From assembly GCA_963814585.1 (NCBI GenBank), contig CAWFDF010000003.1:320001-384000 (forward strand): 64,000 bases of DNA. Direction: 5' to 3'. The notes beneath the pieces are model-generated. The model was given only the letters and a program-made list of their open reading frames with translations. It was not told the DNA's origin and ran no database searches. How positions within the stretch are numbered: the first letter of the stretch is position 1; each line of letters starts with the position of its first letter. The position numbers were made by a program, and so were the translations under genes. The stretch is from an uncultured delta proteobacterium (GTDB taxonomy: Bacteria > Myxococcota > Myxococcia > Myxococcales > Anaeromyxobacteraceae). This document shows, piece after piece, positions 58,381 to 64,000 of this stretch.

Positions 58381-58964
58381 TCCTGGAGACCCTCGCCCAG
58401 CACGGCGCGGGCGGCCTCGCGGAGCCGGCCGACGCTGGCCGGCTCGTCGAGGGAGTCGGGCTCCACGAAGTCCAGCGCGAACCCGGCCCGGATGGCGATC
58501 TCGCCGCGGACCCGGAAGCGATCCAGCTTCCTCCGCTCGATGGCGGCGTCGATGAGCTGGACGAGCCGGTGGAGGCTCCCCAGCTCGGCCACCACCTGCG
58601 ACGTCCTGGCGGGCGCCGCGGGCCGGGTCTTCAGCAGCTTCTCGAGCTTGGGCGCCGCCACCGCCGCCGAGATGAGGAGCGGCTGCAGGCTCACCGCCTT
58701 GTCGCAGAGGAAGAGGAGGTGCGCCCCGGCCAGCGGCCTGACCAGGATGCGCGCCTCGCCGAAGCGCAGGTCGATCAGCCCCACCGCCCCGCAGGTGGCG
58801 GTCAGTCCCGCCGAGCCGTCGGCCAGCACCTGGGCCGCCTCCAGCAGCTTCGAGGCGGGGACCGTCCTGCGGAAGGCGTGGGCCAGGATGCGGCCGTCCG
58901 GGTCGGTGACCATGCAGCCCACCACGCCCGGAACCATGATGAGCGGCCTGAGCAAGGCATTCAT
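58377..58964 (-). CDS. roadblock/LC7 (MglB-like) protein with additional ~65-aa C-terminal domain
   Basis: RBS GGAGG; VPGVVGCMVTDPDGRILA...IDLRFGEARILV..L....LLFL roadblock pattern. Confidence 0.72.
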   Translation of the reverse strand: MNALLRPLIMVPGVVGCMVTDPDGRILAHAFRRTVPASKLLEAAQVLADGSAGLTATCGAVGLIDLRFGEARILVRPLAGAHLLFLCDKAVSLQPLLISAAVAAPKLEKLLKTRPAAPARTSQVVAELGSLHRLVQLIDAAIERRKLDRFRVRGEIAIRAGFALDFVEPDSLDEPASVGRLREAARAVLGEGLQD

Positions 58965-58986
58965 GGCGTCCTCCCCCCGGCCCGGC

Positions 58987-59706
58987 TCAGCGCCCGCCGA
59001 GGGTCTTGCGGACCTCGGCCTCCACGGTCCGGACGGCGGCCTCTCCGCGGACCAGCACGCTCAGGCAGTGGCCGGGCGCCGTGAAGAGCAGCAGGTGCTG
59101 GTCGGCCCCCTCCACCGTCGCCGAGAGGAGGTCGCCGGCCTGGAAGATCGAGCCGAGCTGCTTCCCCACCATGGCCAGGTAGAGGCCGCCCCCGGCCAGC
59201 ACCTCGGCCTCGTGGGCGTCGTCGGCCAGGGGGACGCCGTCCGTCCGCTCCAGCACCGCCGCTGTGACGCCGGGGATTTGTCGCAGCCGCTCCAGCGGGG
59301 CGGTCGTGGCCCTGGCGGACGGCTCCGCCGGGGCCGGATCCGGGACCGGCTCCAGCACCGCCCCCTCCTCGTCGATGAGCCGGTGGGCCTCGAGGAGCAG
59401 GAACTGCCAGTTCTTGCTGATGGTGGAGCGCGTGCTGGAGACGTTGGGCTGCAAGCTGAACCGCCCGCCCGTCCACTTCATGATGGCGTAGAAGGCCTCG
59501 TCGCCGAGGCGGGCCCCCTGCTCGGCGTGGATGATCTGGCCGTCGCGGAAGAAGATCAGGCCGGAGCGCCGGCCGGCCTGCACCGTGATGCAGCCCGAGA
59601 ACCGGCTCTGGACGCAGAGCTGGATGAGGTCGGCCAGGCCCAGGCCGGAGACCTCGCCCTCGAAGCCCTCCGGCAGTGCCCGGCGTAGCTCGTTCGGTGC
59701 TGCCAT
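58987..59706 (-). CDS. DUF4388 (PATAN-like) + roadblock/LC7 domain protein
   Basis: FEGEVSGLGLADLIQL....SGCITV....GLIFFRDGQIIHA....GDEAFY.I..W..GRF...LLLEAHRLIDE (DUF4388), then IPGVTAAVL...DG roadblock. Confidence 0.82.
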   Translation of the reverse strand: MAAPNELRRALPEGFEGEVSGLGLADLIQLCVQSRFSGCITVQAGRRSGLIFFRDGQIIHAEQGARLGDEAFYAIMKWTGGRFSLQPNVSSTRSTISKNWQFLLLEAHRLIDEEGAVLEPVPDPAPAEPSARATTAPLERLRQIPGVTAAVLERTDGVPLADDAHEAEVLAGGGLYLAMVGKQLGSIFQAGDLLSATVEGADQHLLLFTAPGHCLSVLVRGEAAVRTVEAEVRKTLGGR

Positions 59707-59932
59707 GACGGTGCTCCCCCCGCCACCCGGCGACATCCTGACGCCAGGTGGATTTCCGGCTGATCTCGCACCATTCCGCACGAGCACCGACAGGACAAGT
59801 ACCCGATCAACGGGACCTCGCAGCCCGCACCTGCGTCATCTTGATCTTGCTGCCGTTTTCAGCCCGGCCGGGGGGTGGCAGCCCACGTTCCGGTTGGGGC
59901 TGCACCCTTCGGGGCCCTCCGGGAGCCGCCGA

Positions 59933-61633
59933 TCAGACCGCGGCGGTGTACCGGGCCTCGATGGCCTGGACGACCCGCCGGCGGCGCTCCTCCACGGTCA
60001 GCAGGGGATCCGACTCCACCACCGCGATCGCGTCGGCCAGGTCGCCGTCGCTCATGGCGTCGCGGACCCATCGCGAGTAGTCACCGCGACGCAGGTGGTG
60101 GAGCCAGGTGGCGTCGTCGACCTGCCCGGCGGCCTCGATGAAGGCGACCAGGTTGCGGGCGGTGACCTCCCCCTGTCCCGCCTCACCCCTGAAGACGAAG
60201 CTCTTCGGGCCGAGATCCCCCTCGGCATACTTGCGCAGGTGACGAAGCCGCTCGGAGCGGGCCCGGACCACCGCGAGGGGCGCGGGCTGCTGGCCCCCGC
60301 GGCGGTGCCAGGCCAGCGCCTCGCCGAGCACGCCGCTCGAGGGGATCTCCCCCTCCGGGCCCGGCACGCCGGCGGCCCGGACGTAGGCGCCCAGGGTCTC
60401 CGCCGGCGAGGGACCGCAGGCCACCACCACGTCCACCCGCTGGAGCACCGCGGGCACCAGGCTCCCCGGGTCCACCGTCACCAGCACCAGCTCGGACGGC
60501 AGCGGGGTGCAGGCGGTGCACTCCCTGGGGAGGAGGTGATGGGCCTCGTCCACCACGATCCAGTGGGGGTGGCCCTTCTGGGCTCGCAGCATCATCAGCC
60601 GGGGCATGAGCTGCTGGAAGAAGCCCGGACGCTCGGCGAGCGGCATCCCGATCAGGTTGACCACCACGCTGCTGGGGACGTGGTCGAGCAGGGCGATCAC
60701 CTCGGGGATCACCGGCGGGCGGAGCCGGCTCCCGGTGGTGATCAGTCCGGGCAGCGTGTCGTAGTCGCCCTCGGGGTCGATGACGCAGACCTGGTAGGCG
60801 TGGTCGACGAGCTGCTCGATCAGGCCGGCGGCGAAGGTGGACTTGCCCCCGCCCGAGGGGCCCGCCACCAGCAGCGTGAACTCGCGCGGGTGGACCCACC
60901 ACGGCGTGCCGTCGGCGAGCGTCCCGAGCAGGAGCTCCTGCTCCTCGCGCCCCGCCAGGCGCTGGCGCAGGTCGTCCGCGAGCAGCTCGTCCGCCAGCTC
61001 CACCACGCCGGCGCCGTCGGCGCCCGCCGTGGTGAAGGCCGCCTCCTCCTTGAGCCCTGGGATGGCGTTGGCGGTGGCCACGGCGCAGTCGCACATGGCG
61101 AAGAAGGAGTGGTCGTTGGCGGCGTCGCCGATCCCCACCACCTCGTGGCGGGAGAGACCCAGCGCCCGCAGCGCCGTCGCCAGGCCGGTCCCCTTGTTGA
61201 CGTGGGGCGGCAGGACCATCACGGCGTCGCCGTTGAAGACGATCTGCAGCTCCAGGCCCAGCTCGTAGATGGCCTCGAGCACCGTGGCCTCGTGCGGGTG
61301 GACGGTCGCGACCAGGACGCGCCCCACGTCGAGCGGCCGGACGCCGCGCCGCCGCAGCATCTGCGTGAAGTGGGCCGGGACGGGCCGGCACTGCAGCTCG
61401 GTCCTGCCGGTGGCCGGCCAGTGGATGACGGCGCCGTTCTCCAGGATCAGGCCGTCGAAGAGGTCGAGGCGCGGCTGGACCTGGAGGAGGTCCTCCAGCC
61501 TCCGGCCGGAGACCAGCAGGAGCCGGCGCCCCGAGGCCCGCACGCGCCCCAGGGCCTCGGCGGTGGCGGCCGCCATCCGGCCGTGGCTGGCGAGGGTGCC
61601 GTCGAAGTCGGTGGCCAGGGCCAGGTAGCGCAT
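59933..61633 (-). CDS. HAD-IIB (Cof-like) hydrolase fused to P-loop ATPase domain
   Basis: DFDGTL, VSGR, ENGA, NKG, GIGDAAND (HAD motifs I-IV); GPSGGGKST, VIDPEGDY, IVVDEAH. Confidence 0.88.
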   Translation of the reverse strand: MRYLALATDFDGTLASHGRMAAATAEALGRVRASGRRLLLVSGRRLEDLLQVQPRLDLFDGLILENGAVIHWPATGRTELQCRPVPAHFTQMLRRRGVRPLDVGRVLVATVHPHEATVLEAIYELGLELQIVFNGDAVMVLPPHVNKGTGLATALRALGLSRHEVVGIGDAANDHSFFAMCDCAVATANAIPGLKEEAAFTTAGADGAGVVELADELLADDLRQRLAGREEQELLLGTLADGTPWWVHPREFTLLVAGPSGGGKSTFAAGLIEQLVDHAYQVCVIDPEGDYDTLPGLITTGSRLRPPVIPEVIALLDHVPSSVVVNLIGMPLAERPGFFQQLMPRLMMLRAQKGHPHWIVVDEAHHLLPRECTACTPLPSELVLVTVDPGSLVPAVLQRVDVVVACGPSPAETLGAYVRAAGVPGPEGEIPSSGVLGEALAWHRRGGQQPAPLAVVRARSERLRHLRKYAEGDLGPKSFVFRGEAGQGEVTARNLVAFIEAAGQVDDATWLHHLRRGDYSRWVRDAMSDGDLADAIAVVESDPLLTVEERRRRVVQAIEARYTAAV

Positions 61634-61764
61634 CGGGCGTCCCGCTCGCCCATCAAGCTACGCCGCCGCGCGGCGACCGGCCGTGGTCTCGCGGGGGTCG
61701 CGCGGAGGGGTGCGGCGGGGCGTCAGGCCGGCCCGCGCGGCCGCCATGGCGGCCGAGGCTGCGA

Positions 61765-63638
<1,874 letters not shown>

Positions 63639-63642
<4 letters not shown>

Positions 63643-64000
63643 GAGATCACCCTCGCGGCGGCGACGCTCGCCGCCTCTTCGGCCTGGCTGGCCAGCAGGG
63701 CCCGCACCTCGGCCGTGGTCCGGCACCTGAGCACGTCGGTGGCGAGCCCGGCGCACTCGTGCAGCCGCCACCGGGACAGCGTGGCCTTGACCCCCACGAT
63801 GGACGGCACGCTCACCGAGAGCTCGTCCACGCCCAGGCCCACCAGCAGGGGCACCGCCAGGGCATCGGAGGCGAGCCCGCCGCACACCCCCACCCACTTT
63901 CCGTACTCGTGCGCCCCCTCCACCGTCATGGCGATGAGCCGCAGCACCGCCGGGCTCAGGGCGTCGGCGTTCCTGGCCAGCTGCGGGTGGCCGCGGTCGG
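63639..64000 (-). CDS. ptsI: PTS enzyme I C-terminus (partial, continues beyond window)
   Basis: [47 protein letters not shown] overlap with ptsG. Confidence 0.9.

Noticed and set aside
51266..59916. Shared 13-mer GCACCCTTCGGGG in two intergenic regions (51266 and 59902)
   Set aside because: A short C(UUCG)G-type hairpin with no further similarity; could be chance or a generic stable tetraloop.
59707..59932. Riboswitch (e.g. c-di-GMP) upstream of the DUF4388 operon
   Set aside because: No recognisable consensus by eye. An Rfam scan would be needed.

Overview
Very GC-rich bacterial DNA. Its gene content (MXAN_5808-type S41 protease, giant Ala-rich TPR protein, roadblock/DUF4388 proteins, many lipoproteins) points to an Anaeromyxobacter-like myxobacterium; this is inference, not a database match. 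About 50 CDSs can be supported. In order: the 3' part of a Tgt fused to an MnmC-like methyltransferase domain; a TPR lipoprotein; an ECF sigma-factor remnant between 67-bp direct repeats; a MoxR-DUF58-BatA-E operon; an S8 protease/PrcB-like pair; glutamate-cysteine ligase; an S41 protease; a giant TPR protein with 138-bp internal repeats; queC; D-Ala-D-Ala dipeptidase; an orphan N6-adenine MTase; fmt-rsmB-rpe-histidine kinase; rlpA-like/UDG/DUF429; msrPQ; a Liv-type ABC transporter; a TPAT (TatT-DctP-DctQM) transporter; ftsH; a DUF4388-roadblock/roadblock/Cache-HAMP operon; a HAD-P-loop fusion; and PTS EIICB plus the 3' end of enzyme I. No rRNA, tRNA, CRISPR array or transposase was seen. The first ~7.4 kb carries many single-base frameshifts that look like sequencing errors. 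The best leads are (1) the Tgt-MnmC(m) fusion, which could N-methylate preQ1 or couple two wobble-position modifications, (2) a three-gene signalling module with two roadblock proteins and a Cache-HAMP receptor that has no output domain and no GTPase, and (3) a dispersed palindromic element whose internal hairpin shows compensatory substitutions, two copies of which bracket the rlpA-UDG pair. All family assignments come from motifs read by eye.
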